From Candidatus Babeliales bacterium (GTDB taxonomy: Bacteria > Babelota > Babeliae > Babelales > JBFXEV01), in assembly GCA_050179755.1 (NCBI GenBank), contig JBFXEV010000001.1, positions 297,994 through 361,993 of the forward strand: a stretch of 64,000 nt of DNA. Reading direction: 5' to 3'. The translations under genes were made by a program, and so were the position numbers. Under the pieces are notes generated by a model that was not told the origin of the DNA, ran no database searches, and saw nothing but the letters and a program-made list of their open reading frames with translations. How positions within the stretch are numbered: position 1 is the stretch's first letter; every line of letters begins with the position of its first letter. Below, in pieces: positions 19,254 through 30,050 of this stretch.

Positions 19254-21752
19254 ATGCATACAGTACAGAATTATAAAGCACTTATATTTCTTTCCACCTT
19301 TCTATCAATTTCAGCAGCCCCACCGTCTACCACACTTGAAAATACTACCTGCTTGCCATCTTTTGCCTGCAATAACCTTAAGGCTCGTAAAATAATAGGT
19401 GATACCATCACGGCAAACGAGCAATTAACGGTGCAAGGCACCTTAGACTTGCGCAATGTTCATACCGTTACGCAACCACAATCATGCACTGACGAATGCC
19501 ATATACCCCAACAGCCGATCATTCATAAAAGTGCACAAAGAGCTGGTTGCCCAAACCTAGTATGCGCAGATATTATAAAAGCAAACACCATTACGGCAAA
19601 TACAATTATTGCGCGTGATCGGTTGATTGTTCAAAACACATTAGATTTAAGCGGGGTTACCAATATTATTGCACCCGAAACATGCTTTACCTGCAACAGT
19701 ATTCCGTGCATTGACAGCAACGCTTGCTATGTATTCCAACAATTATGCCAACCCATTGATTCAATAACAGGTTGCGCTGCAAGTAGCCAAGCTGTCATTG
19801 ACCTGCGAAATCAATATAGTAATGCAATTCTTGCCATCTCTCCCCAACAGAGTGCGCTCCAATTTTTCACTACCGGCTCCGGCCAATTCATAGTACCACC
19901 ATCTGGTGACATGACGGAAATTGCTCAGTGGCAACAATGGACTCCTGATGCAGTGGCTCAGCAAGTGGCATTAAGTGAAGCGACGCGCCAAGCACTTATC
20001 AATGTAAACATACCTAATATGTTTGAACAAGAGCGCCAAGAACTAATCTCACTTGGTTTTAATTATATTTGGTGGCTTGCAGACCCACGCAGAATGCAAC
20101 ATTCTGCAGCAACGGTGGTAAGCAGCTCGTTTGACAGTATGGGCGGTGCATTTGGAATCTTTTTTAACTTAACAGGCGTCAATCAGTTCTCGCCAGTGTT
20201 TGGTCTTGATTTGACTATTCTATCATGGAATAATTACGCAGAATCTTTGCGTCAGTTCACTGAGTACTTGGAACTTGGACTTGCAAACAATATTGTGTAT
20301 TCAACCGTTGATCTTGAAAATGTGCGGTCTCTTTATGCGCAAAGCACTGAAGAACCAACGCCAATTGTTGATACGATTGCGTTTGAACCATTTTTAATGG
20401 GCACGCCAGAGCAACAAGCTGCTGGTATTGCAGCATTTCAAAACGTGCGTGATGCAACGGCTCCAATTCTTGACCTGCTTGCAGTTGGTGGCGCCTATGA
20501 TACAGCAGTGCAAACTATTCGTAATCCACTTATTGCGCCCGGGCTTTCAGCACCACTTATGCCAGATGAAGTTAAGTTAGTGCAATATCCTTTTGCATTG
20601 AACGTTATAGCAAATACTACGCAAACTCCCGCTCAAATTCAGCAAACTGGCTTTGAACAAGTAGCACTCATTGAGGCGCAAATTGTTGAAGTGGTGCAAA
20701 ATTTTATTGATCCAACGGTAACAGATTGGGATAATTTTATTAATCGCTATCGGTTTGATCCAGCATTTAGAGCGCAGTTTGTCATTGATGTAACGGTGCA
20801 GGAATATTTGGATGAACTTGAAAAAAATGTCTATGATGCGTGGTCAACCGCAATTAAAGCATTTGATCATTTTCCTAGTGCTCCAGTGGAAGTGCAATTG
20901 TTCCCAGGCTTTGGTGCAGCATTCTATACGCCACCCACCATACAGCAAGATGGTACTGCATCAGTAGTACTCACGAACGGTATTTATAATTCACCATCAC
21001 TTTCTGATACCAATCCAATCGACTATAATGAAATTATTACTGTTGATAGATCATTTGACTCTTCTACGGTATTTCATGAAACGATTCCTGGGCATCATTT
21101 ACAAATAGCTATGCTGGTTGAGCTTGCATGCCAACTGGCCACACCATTCAATAATGGTGCATTTGAAGGTTGGGCAGTCTATGCAGAACAAGTTGCAGCC
21201 AACGATATGATGCTGGCACTTCCTGATCAGGAACCATTTAAGCGTCTTGATTTCTTGAGCGCACGATTATTCAGAGCAGCACGCTTGGTTGTTGATACAG
21301 GACTTCATGAATTTGAAATGAGCAGACCAGAAGCAATAGATTATTTCTTCTTTAACTCTCTTGAAGTAGTACCATTTATTGAATCTGAAGTTGATCGTTA
21401 TATAACGTGGCCAGGTCAAGCAGTAGGCTATTTAATAGGCGCTTTAGATCTTGAAAATGAACGTATGCGCGCACAAACTGAACTTGGACCGCTCTTTAAT
21501 TTGCGTGAATGGCATGACGTGTTAATTAGATATTTGGCACCGGTAGAATTACTTATTACACAACTGACAGATTTTTATATCAGCAGAAAAGAAGCTGGCA
21601 CCTTTGCACTCGTATGGCCGCCTATAATTCCACAACCAAGAAGAAGTCCGCTGCTTAATATTACCACGTTACCAGCGTTAAATATAAAAGGTGTGAATAT
21701 AGACAAACTGTTGTCACAACATCCACTTAGATTATTTACGTATCCTGCATAA
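19254..21752 (+). CDS. Secreted DUF885-family (zinc metallopeptidase-like) protein with Cys-rich repeated N-terminus
   Basis: HETIPGHHLQ, FEGWAVYAE, RAARLVVDTGLH, EVDRYITWPGQA. Confidence 0.85.
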   Translation: MHTVQNYKALIFLSTFLSISAAPPSTTLENTTCLPSFACNNLKARKIIGDTITANEQLTVQGTLDLRNVHTVTQPQSCTDECHIPQQPIIHKSAQRAGCPNLVCADIIKANTITANTIIARDRLIVQNTLDLSGVTNIIAPETCFTCNSIPCIDSNACYVFQQLCQPIDSITGCAASSQAVIDLRNQYSNAILAISPQQSALQFFTTGSGQFIVPPSGDMTEIAQWQQWTPDAVAQQVALSEATRQALINVNIPNMFEQERQELISLGFNYIWWLADPRRMQHSAATVVSSSFDSMGGAFGIFFNLTGVNQFSPVFGLDLTILSWNNYAESLRQFTEYLELGLANNIVYSTVDLENVRSLYAQSTEEPTPIVDTIAFEPFLMGTPEQQAAGIAAFQNVRDATAPILDLLAVGGAYDTAVQTIRNPLIAPGLSAPLMPDEVKLVQYPFALNVIANTTQTPAQIQQTGFEQVALIEAQIVEVVQNFIDPTVTDWDNFINRYRFDPAFRAQFVIDVTVQEYLDELEKNVYDAWSTAIKAFDHFPSAPVEVQLFPGFGAAFYTPPTIQQDGTASVVLTNGIYNSPSLSDTNPIDYNEIITVDRSFDSSTVFHETIPGHHLQIAMLVELACQLATPFNNGAFEGWAVYAEQVAANDMMLALPDQEPFKRLDFLSARLFRAARLVVDTGLHEFEMSRPEAIDYFFFNSLEVVPFIESEVDRYITWPGQAVGYLIGALDLENERMRAQTELGPLFNLREWHDVLIRYLAPVELLITQLTDFYISRKEAGTFALVWPPIIPQPRRSPLLNITTLPALNIKGVNIDKLLSQHPLRLFTYPA

Positions 21753-21757
21753 ATTTA

Positions 21758-21794
21758 TAAAGCACAGAAGCTGTTGGCTAGCTTCTGTGCTTTT
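21758..21794. terminator. Bidirectional hairpin terminator
   Basis: aaagcacagaagct...agcttctgtgcttt. Confidence 0.75.
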
Positions 21795-21872
21795 ACTTGT
21801 TACCGCATAAACAAAATTAAGAACATTTAATTTACCCAACAATTTGTGCTTCCTCCTCCGGCGGACAGGCTA

Positions 21873-22577
21873 CTAAGCATTGTCGCTTGTAAATTGTCCT
21901 TCATAAGCAAATGTTTCCACCGGCTTTCTTGTGGATGGCGTTTCCCGTGCACGCATTTCCTCCGGTAAATTTTCAATAGCGCCAGGTTTTCCTAATGCCA
22001 CCATTGCTTCTACCGTATAACCATCCGGTATATTGAGCACTTCTTTTGCTTTTGCATAATCAAAACCACCCATGCCATGTGCAATCAGCCCCATGCTTGC
22101 AGCTTGGAGTGCCAGATTTTGCCATGCAGCACCCGTATCAAATGAATGCGTGCGATTTGGCCGCTGTGAATCCGTTACATCTTTAGAAAGAATAACCATT
22201 AATACTGCAGCATTATGTGACCATTTCTTGTTAAAATCCACGAGCAAATTAAAAAACGTATCCCACGCAGGCGTGCCTCGCTTGGCATACACAAAACGCC
22301 ATGGCTGATTGTTGCTTGACGATGGCGCCCAACGTGCAGCTTCAAATAACTGCATTAGTTCTTGATCAGAAAGTAATTCGCCTGAAAATGCGCGCGGTGA
22401 CCAACGATGCAACAGTAATGATTCAATGGGGTAAGCACATTGCCGCTCAGTAATGCGCAAGGCACTTGGAGCATTTTCAAGAACTTGTTCTTTGTCTTCT
22501 TGCATCTTACCGCATCCGGTAAGCAAAGATACTGAAACTGCACTTATACAAAGCATGTGTACTATTTTTTTAGACAT
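21873..22577 (-). CDS. Nitroreductase family protein with lipoprotein signal
   Basis: RWSPRAF, AARWAPSSSNNQPWRF, FDTGAAWQN; lipobox LLTG-C. Confidence 0.9.
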   Translation of the reverse strand: MSKKIVHMLCISAVSVSLLTGCGKMQEDKEQVLENAPSALRITERQCAYPIESLLLHRWSPRAFSGELLSDQELMQLFEAARWAPSSSNNQPWRFVYAKRGTPAWDTFFNLLVDFNKKWSHNAAVLMVILSKDVTDSQRPNRTHSFDTGAAWQNLALQAASMGLIAHGMGGFDYAKAKEVLNIPDGYTVEAMVALGKPGAIENLPEEMRARETPSTRKPVETFAYEGQFTSDNA

Positions 22578-22655
22578 TCTTTTTTTTCCTTACAGCAAAT
22601 CCATGTTCAAATACTTAGAAAGTGTAACAGTAAGCAAAAAAATATACGAGTATCG

Positions 22656-23228
22656 TTAACTTGAGAACGTTCCTTCAAAAACGAATGACTCAATTGGCTG
22701 TCTATCCGATGGCTCTTCACGCTCTTGCAACTTTTTAGGCAAGTCTTTAACATTACCTGGTTTGCCAATCGCACACATAGCTTCTAAAGAATAGCCCTCA
22801 GGAATATGCAAATCCTTCGTTGCTTTTGCATAATCAAAACCTTCCATGCCATGAGCAACCAACCCCATAGAAAATGCTTGTAATGCCAAATTTTGCCACG
22901 CAGCGCCGGTACAAAATGAATGTGTACGGATGTTATATCCTTCTTTTGTTTTTTCTTGCGAAATCATAATTATAAGTACTGCAGCATTTTTTGCCCATAT
23001 TTTATTTTCATCAACAAGCAAATTATACAAAGTATCCCATGCTTGCGTATCTCGCTTTGCATATATAAATCGCCATGGTTGATTATTATATGATGATGGC
23101 GCCCAACGTGCAGCCTCAAACAATGTCATAAGATCTTGATCAGAAATTGTTTCGCCGGATAGTGCACGCGGCGACCAACGTTTGAGAATTAACGGTAATA
23201 CAGGATATGGTGATGTGCGCTGCTTCAT
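22656..23228 (-). CDS. Nitroreductase family protein (cytoplasmic paralogue)
   Basis: RWSPRA, AARWAPSSYNNQPWRF; no signal; tandem paralogue. Confidence 0.9.
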   Translation of the reverse strand: MKQRTSPYPVLPLILKRWSPRALSGETISDQDLMTLFEAARWAPSSYNNQPWRFIYAKRDTQAWDTLYNLLVDENKIWAKNAAVLIIMISQEKTKEGYNIRTHSFCTGAAWQNLALQAFSMGLVAHGMEGFDYAKATKDLHIPEGYSLEAMCAIGKPGNVKDLPKKLQEREEPSDRQPIESFVFEGTFSS

Positions 23229-23328
23229 GAAATACTCCTCTGAAATATTTTCTTTAAAATTAACGCTTGTAACTCTGCTCTAAATGAAGTATAACTAATT
23301 ACAACACAAAATACATCAAAGGATCAGC

Positions 23329-24051
23329 ATGCACTCTCTACTTCTTCTTGCAATCATTCTTCCTCTCTCATGTTTTTGTTCTACTGTACAGCCCCCCACA
23401 CTAACACAAGCACCAACTATTATTATACATACTTCTGCAGACGCGGTCAGTCATCTGGCCAATGTAAATAAATTACACGTAATTCAAGAATCACATTCCA
23501 CCAATATACAACACCTATTTGCTCAGGCACGTGATACATCACAAGAATATGCATACGGTATACTCAGTTGGGTCAATCAGCATAAAATTAAAACTGCTTG
23601 CTATGGCGCACTGCTTGGTTATGGCTATATCTGGTATAAGTTAGCCTCTCTAAATTATGCTTTAATGCAGGCCACTAACTGGTCAAAATGGCGTGAAACG
23701 CTTTCACTTGAAGAATTGCTGGCAAAGCCGCAACAAGAAATTGCAAAAGACTTATTAACTGCTATTCAAAAGCAGTATACTACTCCAGAACAATTTGATG
23801 ATCTTTTAAGCCCGTTGATTGCTTTTGTGCGTGATGTAGATACAGAACTACAAGAATTGCGACAATTAGTACATCTGCATACGTGGATTGATCGGTTGCA
23901 TATTGCGTTTTTGTTTCCCAAACAATCAAGTTTACTTGCGCAGGCACACGACAATATAAACCGCTTAACCTATTTAAAAAATGTATTGCTTAATTGGATG
24001 AGTCAGCACAAGGTTGCTCGTCTGAACTCGGTGACGACCCCCTTGTTATAG
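23329..24051 (+). CDS. Hypothetical protein (signal + one TM)
   Basis: 240 aa ORF, AAGGA RBS, signal and TM segments. Confidence 0.7.
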   Translation: MHSLLLLAIILPLSCFCSTVQPPTLTQAPTIIIHTSADAVSHLANVNKLHVIQESHSTNIQHLFAQARDTSQEYAYGILSWVNQHKIKTACYGALLGYGYIWYKLASLNYALMQATNWSKWRETLSLEELLAKPQQEIAKDLLTAIQKQYTTPEQFDDLLSPLIAFVRDVDTELQELRQLVHLHTWIDRLHIAFLFPKQSSLLAQAHDNINRLTYLKNVLLNWMSQHKVARLNSVTTPLL

Positions 24052-24658
24052 ATTCACCTGAAGAACTATCAACACCTTCAAGAGAAAGTAATCTTGCCAA
24101 ATTAGTTGGCGGTGGCTCGAAGCTCACTAATAATGCAGCAAACTCCTTAGAGCCTGCTTCTTGCGGGCCTACATCCGGAAGACTCTCACGCGTTATTGGA
24201 GCCACTGTGATAACTGAATTATCATGTTTTACTACAAATGTTGTATCTTCTTTAGGATGCGCAAAGCAGTTTTGTGCTAATGTCTGACTATCGTGAACAT
24301 CTTTAATCAGTAACATATGAGTCACTGCTGGAAATTGAGGCGGCAAAACCGCAATAATTCCTTTATTGGTGCACGGAATATACACTTTACGCTCTTGCCC
24401 ACTATGTTCCTGGGCAGTATCTATGTGCGCAAACACCGGTTGCTTCAAAATATTAACTACCGTAATAAGTCTGGAAGTTCCAGCGCCGCTCTTTGCACAA
24501 TCAGCATGCGCTTGCACCAATGCAACTACGCGCTCATGCAACTCTTGAGCTAGTGCCGCTAATTTTTCACCTTCTGAAAGATCACCTTCCATGGCCACAA
24601 GTGAACCAAAAGACAACAAGAAAATGTAGTAAATAGATCTTTGCATTGCATCCCCCAT
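23990..24658 (-). CDS. Secreted hypothetical protein (start probably 24646)
   Basis: Signal ending LVA-MEG; Ser-rich tail; overlaps the convergent gene by 62 bp. Confidence 0.65.
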   Translation of the reverse strand: MGDAMQRSIYYIFLLSFGSLVAMEGDLSEGEKLAALAQELHERVVALVQAHADCAKSGAGTSRLITVVNILKQPVFAHIDTAQEHSGQERKVYIPCTNKGIIAVLPPQFPAVTHMLLIKDVHDSQTLAQNCFAHPKEDTTFVVKHDNSVITVAPITRESLPDVGPQEAGSKEFAALLVSFEPPPTNLARLLSLEGVDSSSGESITRGSSPSSDEQPCADSSN

Positions 24659-24751
24659 ATAATTTGCTACTAATTTTATATTAGCAAATATTTAGAGAGA
24701 AACTCAATGTTCTAAGAATATGTGTCTTAAATTTGCTTACATATAGGGTTT

Positions 24752-26344
24752 TTATGTATTAATTGCAATACGTGATGCCAAGTATTTAATATCATCATCA
24801 CCAAATCTAACACCCGCACCAAAGAATGCGTTGGCATTATGACGGCTGATAAAGTCATCAGCACCAAAAGTCATATAGATATTATTGAGAATAAAGAGAC
24901 GGTTGATCCATTTTAAGTGAGGTCTGCTATCCTCTATGCGATCACGGCCACGGAAATCAAACGCTTCAAACGTGGTCACCCAACGGAAGTTATCGGTATC
25001 AAACGGTATTTCCACATCAATACCCACACCCACCGAGCTTTCCATTAAACCAAACCGTAACGCGATATCTTTATAAATACGTGCGAATTGCAAGCCAAAT
25101 TTAAATGTATCAAACTTACGCTTGGTGGTGCGAATATTACCAATCAGTTCTGGAATAAACACACCCTTCTCAATCAACTCACTCGTGAGCAATGGTCGCT
25201 CAAGTTCGTCAAACCATTCTTTTTCTACCCATTTACGTGTTAAGTTACCACGCATGGTGCCTACTAACTGCGCAAGATAAAAGTAATCGTCTGTTGGATG
25301 AATACGAATATCTAAATAACCTTTACTATCTTCAAAAGTGGTATATTCTGCAGGGCGGAACATATATTCACCATGCGTATCAAAGACAACGGTCAAAGCA
25401 TCTACTTTGGCAAAATAATTCTTGAGGCCTCGCACCGCAAATTTAATATCATTATACGTTTCCTCTTCATTAACCAATTTGCCAAGAAGACCTTTACCCT
25501 GATCGATTTTCTCTGCAACTGAATTAATATTACGGAATCCGTCACGCGCTTGGAGCGCGGCATCTTCTAGCGATTTGGCAGTTTGCTCTACGTTACCCGC
25601 AACACGGTTAAAGTCGCGATCAAACACACTTGCAATGCGTTCTATGCTTTCTTTGAGCACCGGCACTTGCTCGCGAATATCTCGCGCAAATTCAGAAAAA
25701 TCAGTTATCATACCACTGATAGATTGCTCATTGCCAGATAAAGTACGATCAATCGCTTCGGAGAATGAGGCAAAACGTTCTGCTGCAAGATGAATATTAT
25801 TAATAGTCTCACGCATTTGATGTTTACCATGTTCACCACCCACGCTTTCGGCAAGCGAACCTGTTATTTCTTCTACGTTATCAGCAATAGATTTTACTTT
25901 ATGCAAAAGATCATCAAACGAAACTTGCGATCTACATGGCTTACCCAAAGAGTCACCACCACCTAAACGAGGCAGCGCAGGATCACCCGGCATTACTTCT
26001 AAATATTTGGTGCCCAAGAGGCCCTCTTGCCGCACCGTAGCACACGCATCTTCACGTAATACATATTCTTTTGAAACGCGAATTAATGCGCTTGCTTGCC
26101 TGCCATCGTCTATTAAACCAAGGTCTTCTATCCAGCCAACAGTAACACCTGCTATTTTTACATCGCCTTTTTTTTCAATGCCTGATAAATCAGAAAAATA
26201 GACGGTATACGTATTGTAGTTTGCACTATCAAGACGGAAGACGCCTAATTTAAAACTCATAAAAAAGAAAATACCGAGCGCTACAAGAATAAAAATACCA
26301 ACGCGCGTTTCTGTTTTAATTTGCAACATTAACCCTTTACTCAA
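24752..26344 (-). CDS. MCE/MlaD family protein with long helical region and beta-rich C-terminal domain
   Basis: ETRVGIF TM, SGIEKKGDVKIAGVTVGWI, GLLGTKYLEV.PG, GKGLLGKLV. Confidence 0.88.
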   Translation of the reverse strand: MSKGLMLQIKTETRVGIFILVALGIFFFMSFKLGVFRLDSANYNTYTVYFSDLSGIEKKGDVKIAGVTVGWIEDLGLIDDGRQASALIRVSKEYVLREDACATVRQEGLLGTKYLEVMPGDPALPRLGGGDSLGKPCRSQVSFDDLLHKVKSIADNVEEITGSLAESVGGEHGKHQMRETINNIHLAAERFASFSEAIDRTLSGNEQSISGMITDFSEFARDIREQVPVLKESIERIASVFDRDFNRVAGNVEQTAKSLEDAALQARDGFRNINSVAEKIDQGKGLLGKLVNEEETYNDIKFAVRGLKNYFAKVDALTVVFDTHGEYMFRPAEYTTFEDSKGYLDIRIHPTDDYFYLAQLVGTMRGNLTRKWVEKEWFDELERPLLTSELIEKGVFIPELIGNIRTTKRKFDTFKFGLQFARIYKDIALRFGLMESSVGVGIDVEIPFDTDNFRWVTTFEAFDFRGRDRIEDSRPHLKWINRLFILNNIYMTFGADDFISRHNANAFFGAGVRFGDDDIKYLASRIAINT

Positions 26345-27498
26345 ATCACATAGAGTCGTTTAATAACAAAAGATGTAGAACGATCTCCTTCAGGATCTCG
26401 TCTTTCTATAATAGCAAAAATTTTCTGAGAAATATCGCCTACCGTACCTCTACTAATTACAGAAAAGGTATCCGGCTCAAAAGAAGCGCTTAATAATGGC
26501 TTTAATTCAGTATTAATTGCCGTTAATTCTTTTCCATACAAAAGTTGTGGCCCCTTTGGCCACACAGCATCAAGCGAAGTTATTGATAGCGCTTTCTGCT
26601 CTAATGCTTGCTCGGTCATTTGTTTACGTACTTTAAGATCATCATATGCTACACGATTAAATCCAAACACTGCGCATAGCGCGTCAGAAAGCAACCAAGC
26701 GTTTGCCGTTTCTTGATCAGACCAAATCGTAAATAGATCGGTTAAATACACAACTTGCTTCTTTCCTTTTGGCAAATCTTTTTTAATTTGTAATGGTGGT
26801 TCATAAAATTGGCGCGATGCAAACACGTCTTGAAACTCTTTCACCCGGAGCAATTCTGTGACCTCATGTAACTTAGAGTGCCGTTGTTTTAAAAATTTTT
26901 CAAATACTCCAAACAAATTTTTATCTTTCGTGTAAAGTGATAATTTTGCAAACACTGATTGCATCACCTTACGCATATCACCTTGCGGTTTTCCTTCATT
27001 AATAAATTTTTTTGCTTTAAAGTCGAAAATCTCATTTATATTAATTTTACCCTGCTCTGCACATATACAGATTTCGAGTGTTCCCTTAATGCCATCTACT
27101 GCTTGTGTGAGCGGATATTTTTGCCAATGATTAAGCGTGGGCATAAGCGCTTTAAATAACTTTGTGCGCCTTTGCTCTTCTATACTTGGCCCTTTTTTTT
27201 CTGCCCCTCGATACAAATCGCTAGGCGATTCACTCGGGGTGAGCGGTTGATTAGTTTTCTGATCTTTTTTTTCATCTACATTTGCAGCAAGTTGGCTCAT
27301 GGCAACTTGCACACCACTTAACGCAAGCTGCAGTGCCTTTTCTCGTTTAATAACAATAGCATCAAAAAATATAAACGGCGTTGCACGATTATAAAGCCCT
27401 GTAACAATCACCATAATGAGCGAAAGCATTGAAAGTGCAAGAATAAGTATATAGCCGTGTTTTGAACGTGCATTATTCATTATGTTTGCCCTTAACAA
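26341..27498 (-). CDS. T2SS minor pseudopilin GspK-like
   Basis: G-YILILAL type IV leader lacking E5, ALQLALSGV, EQGKININ motif. Confidence 0.75.
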   Translation of the reverse strand: MLRANIMNNARSKHGYILILALSMLSLIMVIVTGLYNRATPFIFFDAIVIKREKALQLALSGVQVAMSQLAANVDEKKDQKTNQPLTPSESPSDLYRGAEKKGPSIEEQRRTKLFKALMPTLNHWQKYPLTQAVDGIKGTLEICICAEQGKININEIFDFKAKKFINEGKPQGDMRKVMQSVFAKLSLYTKDKNLFGVFEKFLKQRHSKLHEVTELLRVKEFQDVFASRQFYEPPLQIKKDLPKGKKQVVYLTDLFTIWSDQETANAWLLSDALCAVFGFNRVAYDDLKVRKQMTEQALEQKALSITSLDAVWPKGPQLLYGKELTAINTELKPLLSASFEPDTFSVISRGTVGDISQKIFAIIERRDPEGDRSTSFVIKRLYVI

Positions 27499-28648
27499 CC
27501 TTAGTCTCTTTTTTAGAGGTCAAAAATGATTTATTAGTAAGCGCTTTAAAATCAACATCAGGAAGCGTTATTTTAAATACTTGCTCGCCCAATTCTTTTA
27601 ACTTCTGTTCCGTTTTAGGCTTAAACGTAAGTTGCAATTCTGCACGTTTGGTAGTTTGATTTGTTGTTTGGGCATTTGGAAGCATTGGTTTAGGAGGCAA
27701 TTTCTTTTTCTTCTTTTTTTCTTCTAAAGTAAAGCTTGCAATAGGATAATTAAGCGTAAATTCTCTAAAGGATTTACCTGTTGCATCCCACAATTCAAAT
27801 TTTGCAGTAATTATTTGTGGCATTGGTGGTACTCTTTTTTCTTGCGCTTCTTGACTTGTTTTAAATGGCCAGTCTTTACGAGACTCAATTTTTTGAACCT
27901 CCGGCGTTGCTGGCTTAGCTTGATCCGCTGCTGCTGAAGTTTTGGCGGGAGGCAAAGAACCTAGTGCTGGCAAGCCTTCTTTGGGTTGTTCTTTACTTTC
28001 TTCTTTTTTTACTGGATATGAAAAATCAAGCGTCATTTTTTTTATACTAGTTAGGAGCGCATATCCTCTGACAGGTTTTGCAGCTTTTTTCTCTAATGCT
28101 GCCGCATCTAGTTCTTCTGACTCTTGGCGAAACAATGAAAATGAATCTTCTTTATTAGGATCTACAATTAGCCTATACATTACACGCACCATACGTGGCT
28201 TTACCGTAATGTTTGCCGCTTTTTCATACACGCTCACGGGATTAGTAGTAATAAATGTAAACTCTGTTACTTGCCCCGTATCGCCATTTACGCTGTAAAA
28301 TAATTTATCCGGCAGTTTTTGTGCTTTTGCCTGTGCATCGAGCATATTTTTTTCATTCGCTTGCTGAGTGGGAGGCGTTGGCGATGGCTTGGCTTTATCT
28401 AATGCGTTAGGCGCTTGAGGTTTTTCCTGAGTTTGCGTAATTTCAAATTTGTCGGGCATAAAGATGCCAATCGTATCGCGCTCAAATTGATGATGAAAAT
28501 TGGCAACGCGCATATCAAGATCCATAATATCATCGGCAATTTCTGCCGTGATGGTAGTATTGCGTACGCTTTGGAATAATGAAATAGCAAGCAAAGACGC
28601 CAAGAATATGCCAACCATTAGTTCAATAATACTATAACCCTGTTTCAT
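27473..28648 (-). CDS. T2SS minor pseudopilin GspJ-like
   Basis: Prepilin motif QG-YSIIELMVG; FERD; V.YRL; operon position. Confidence 0.75.
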   Translation of the reverse strand: MKQGYSIIELMVGIFLASLLAISLFQSVRNTTITAEIADDIMDLDMRVANFHHQFERDTIGIFMPDKFEITQTQEKPQAPNALDKAKPSPTPPTQQANEKNMLDAQAKAQKLPDKLFYSVNGDTGQVTEFTFITTNPVSVYEKAANITVKPRMVRVMYRLIVDPNKEDSFSLFRQESEELDAAALEKKAAKPVRGYALLTSIKKMTLDFSYPVKKEESKEQPKEGLPALGSLPPAKTSAAADQAKPATPEVQKIESRKDWPFKTSQEAQEKRVPPMPQIITAKFELWDATGKSFREFTLNYPIASFTLEEKKKKKKLPPKPMLPNAQTTNQTTKRAELQLTFKPKTEQKLKELGEQVFKITLPDVDFKALTNKSFLTSKKETKVVKGKHNE

Positions 28649-29046
28649 TTCTTTTCTCTATCCTCTGGCTTTTCGTGTTTATAAAGAAATGAAATCATAG
28701 TTTCTTGATCTTGGCCCCATACAGCTTTTGCACGCTCAATATGCAAGTCTTCTATCTTTGACAAACTTGATTCTTTTTTAGGACGAAAACTTTCATAAGT
28801 TAAAATTAAGCTTCCCTTCTTTTGCTCTGGCGGATGCGTTTTACCAAGCATACGATCTTGCGCGACATGAATAAATAATTCTCTAAGTGCCAAAGTAGAT
28901 CTGAGCGACCGTGACCAACGCCCTAACTGCTCAAGAATAGTTGATTGTGAAACAAAAGCAGAAGATAAAATCATACCCATCATAAAAATGGTAAGCATAA
29001 TTTCTATAAACGTAACGCCTGCCTTATGGCTTTTGGAATGTTTCAT
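28645..29046 (-). CDS. T2SS minor pseudopilin GspI-like
   Basis: Prepilin motif AG-VTFIEIML; 133 aa. Confidence 0.7.
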   Translation of the reverse strand: MKHSKSHKAGVTFIEIMLTIFMMGMILSSAFVSQSTILEQLGRWSRSLRSTLALRELFIHVAQDRMLGKTHPPEQKKGSLILTYESFRPKKESSLSKIEDLHIERAKAVWGQDQETMISFLYKHEKPEDREKK

Positions 29047-29587
29047 ACGTCGCCAATTGCGCGGTAAAAGGGTTAATAACCAAGCTTAATGGCAAACTAG
29101 AATCACCTACCGCCTCTTCTATATTTATAATAACTTCTTGCACCATGCCGTCTGGAACAACATAGAACCAAATGGCATTTGTCTTTCGCCCTCCAGTATT
29201 CAGCCCATTAGTGCCTTGAATGTAAAATTCTTTAAATGTAATAGATTTAGGCCACGTAAAAGACGCAGCGTCATATGCTCTTGTTATTGGCGCAAAGACT
29301 TCTTTATCCTCTTGTGGCTCATTTGTTTGCATTTCAGTTGCCATCACGCGCTTTTCTAAATCAAAATACACTCTATGCACTTTGCCAGTGGAAAGGGCGC
29401 GTTGCCACGCAACAGCAAGTAACGTACGCACATTATCTACAAACTGTTCTTGCTTAAATGCTGGGCGTACGTTACGCAATACCCGCAAACCAAAGGTTGT
29501 CATGAATCCTATAATGAACATGACAACCAGTATTTCGAGTAATGAAAATCCGCTATTTCGACCAAACTGAAATACGCTCACTCGCAT
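29024..29587 (-). CDS. T2SS minor pseudopilin GspH-like
   Basis: Prepilin motif SG-FSLLEILVV; C-terminal F...PDG and INPFT; start moved to ATG 29587. Confidence 0.75.
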   Translation of the reverse strand: MRVSVFQFGRNSGFSLLEILVVMFIIGFMTTFGLRVLRNVRPAFKQEQFVDNVRTLLAVAWQRALSTGKVHRVYFDLEKRVMATEMQTNEPQEDKEVFAPITRAYDAASFTWPKSITFKEFYIQGTNGLNTGGRKTNAIWFYVVPDGMVQEVIINIEEAVGDSSLPLSLVINPFTAQLATYETFQKP

Positions 29588-29936
29588 CACCCCCAGGACC
29601 TTCTGAGCCATATGAATCCAATTCATACGGGTGTTTGCCACCTTCGGTTATTTTATATTTTAAAGCATTACCCCAACCATCTTTAGGTATTTCTTTTAAA
29701 TAACGTGGCTTTAAATCATTAAGGCTTGCAGGATATTCGTCATTACGTGCATGGTAACCATCAATAGCCATCTTAACTATCTGCAGTGCCTGCTCGGTGG
29801 TAGACACATTTGCTCTATGCCGGACCGTACGTATTCCTACAAAAGCTGCCACCATAAGTAAGCCTACAAGAAACGTATATGCCATTAACTCCATCATGGA
29901 GAAGCCCGCCTGGGTATGCCTATTTGCTTGAATCAT
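29553..29936 (-). CDS. gspG: T2SS major pseudopilin GspG
   Basis: AG-FSMMELM leader; YP.SLNDL, PKDGWGN..Y, SYG.EGPGG. Confidence 0.82.
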   Translation of the reverse strand: MIQANRHTQAGFSMMELMAYTFLVGLLMVAAFVGIRTVRHRANVSTTEQALQIVKMAIDGYHARNDEYPASLNDLKPRYLKEIPKDGWGNALKYKITEGGKHPYELDSYGSEGPGGDASERISVWSK

Positions 29937-30050
29937 AAAATTCCTTTCTACTTTTTCATCAATACCAATTTGTCATCTGTCATGACACCCTATCATAACA
30001 TTGCCGCATACTTGCTACTATATACTTATCAATAATCTAATATTTATTTC

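Noticed and set aside
29588..29641. Longer N-terminus of the GspH-like ORF given in the track
   Set aside because: Overlaps gspG extensively; the prepilin motif supports a later start
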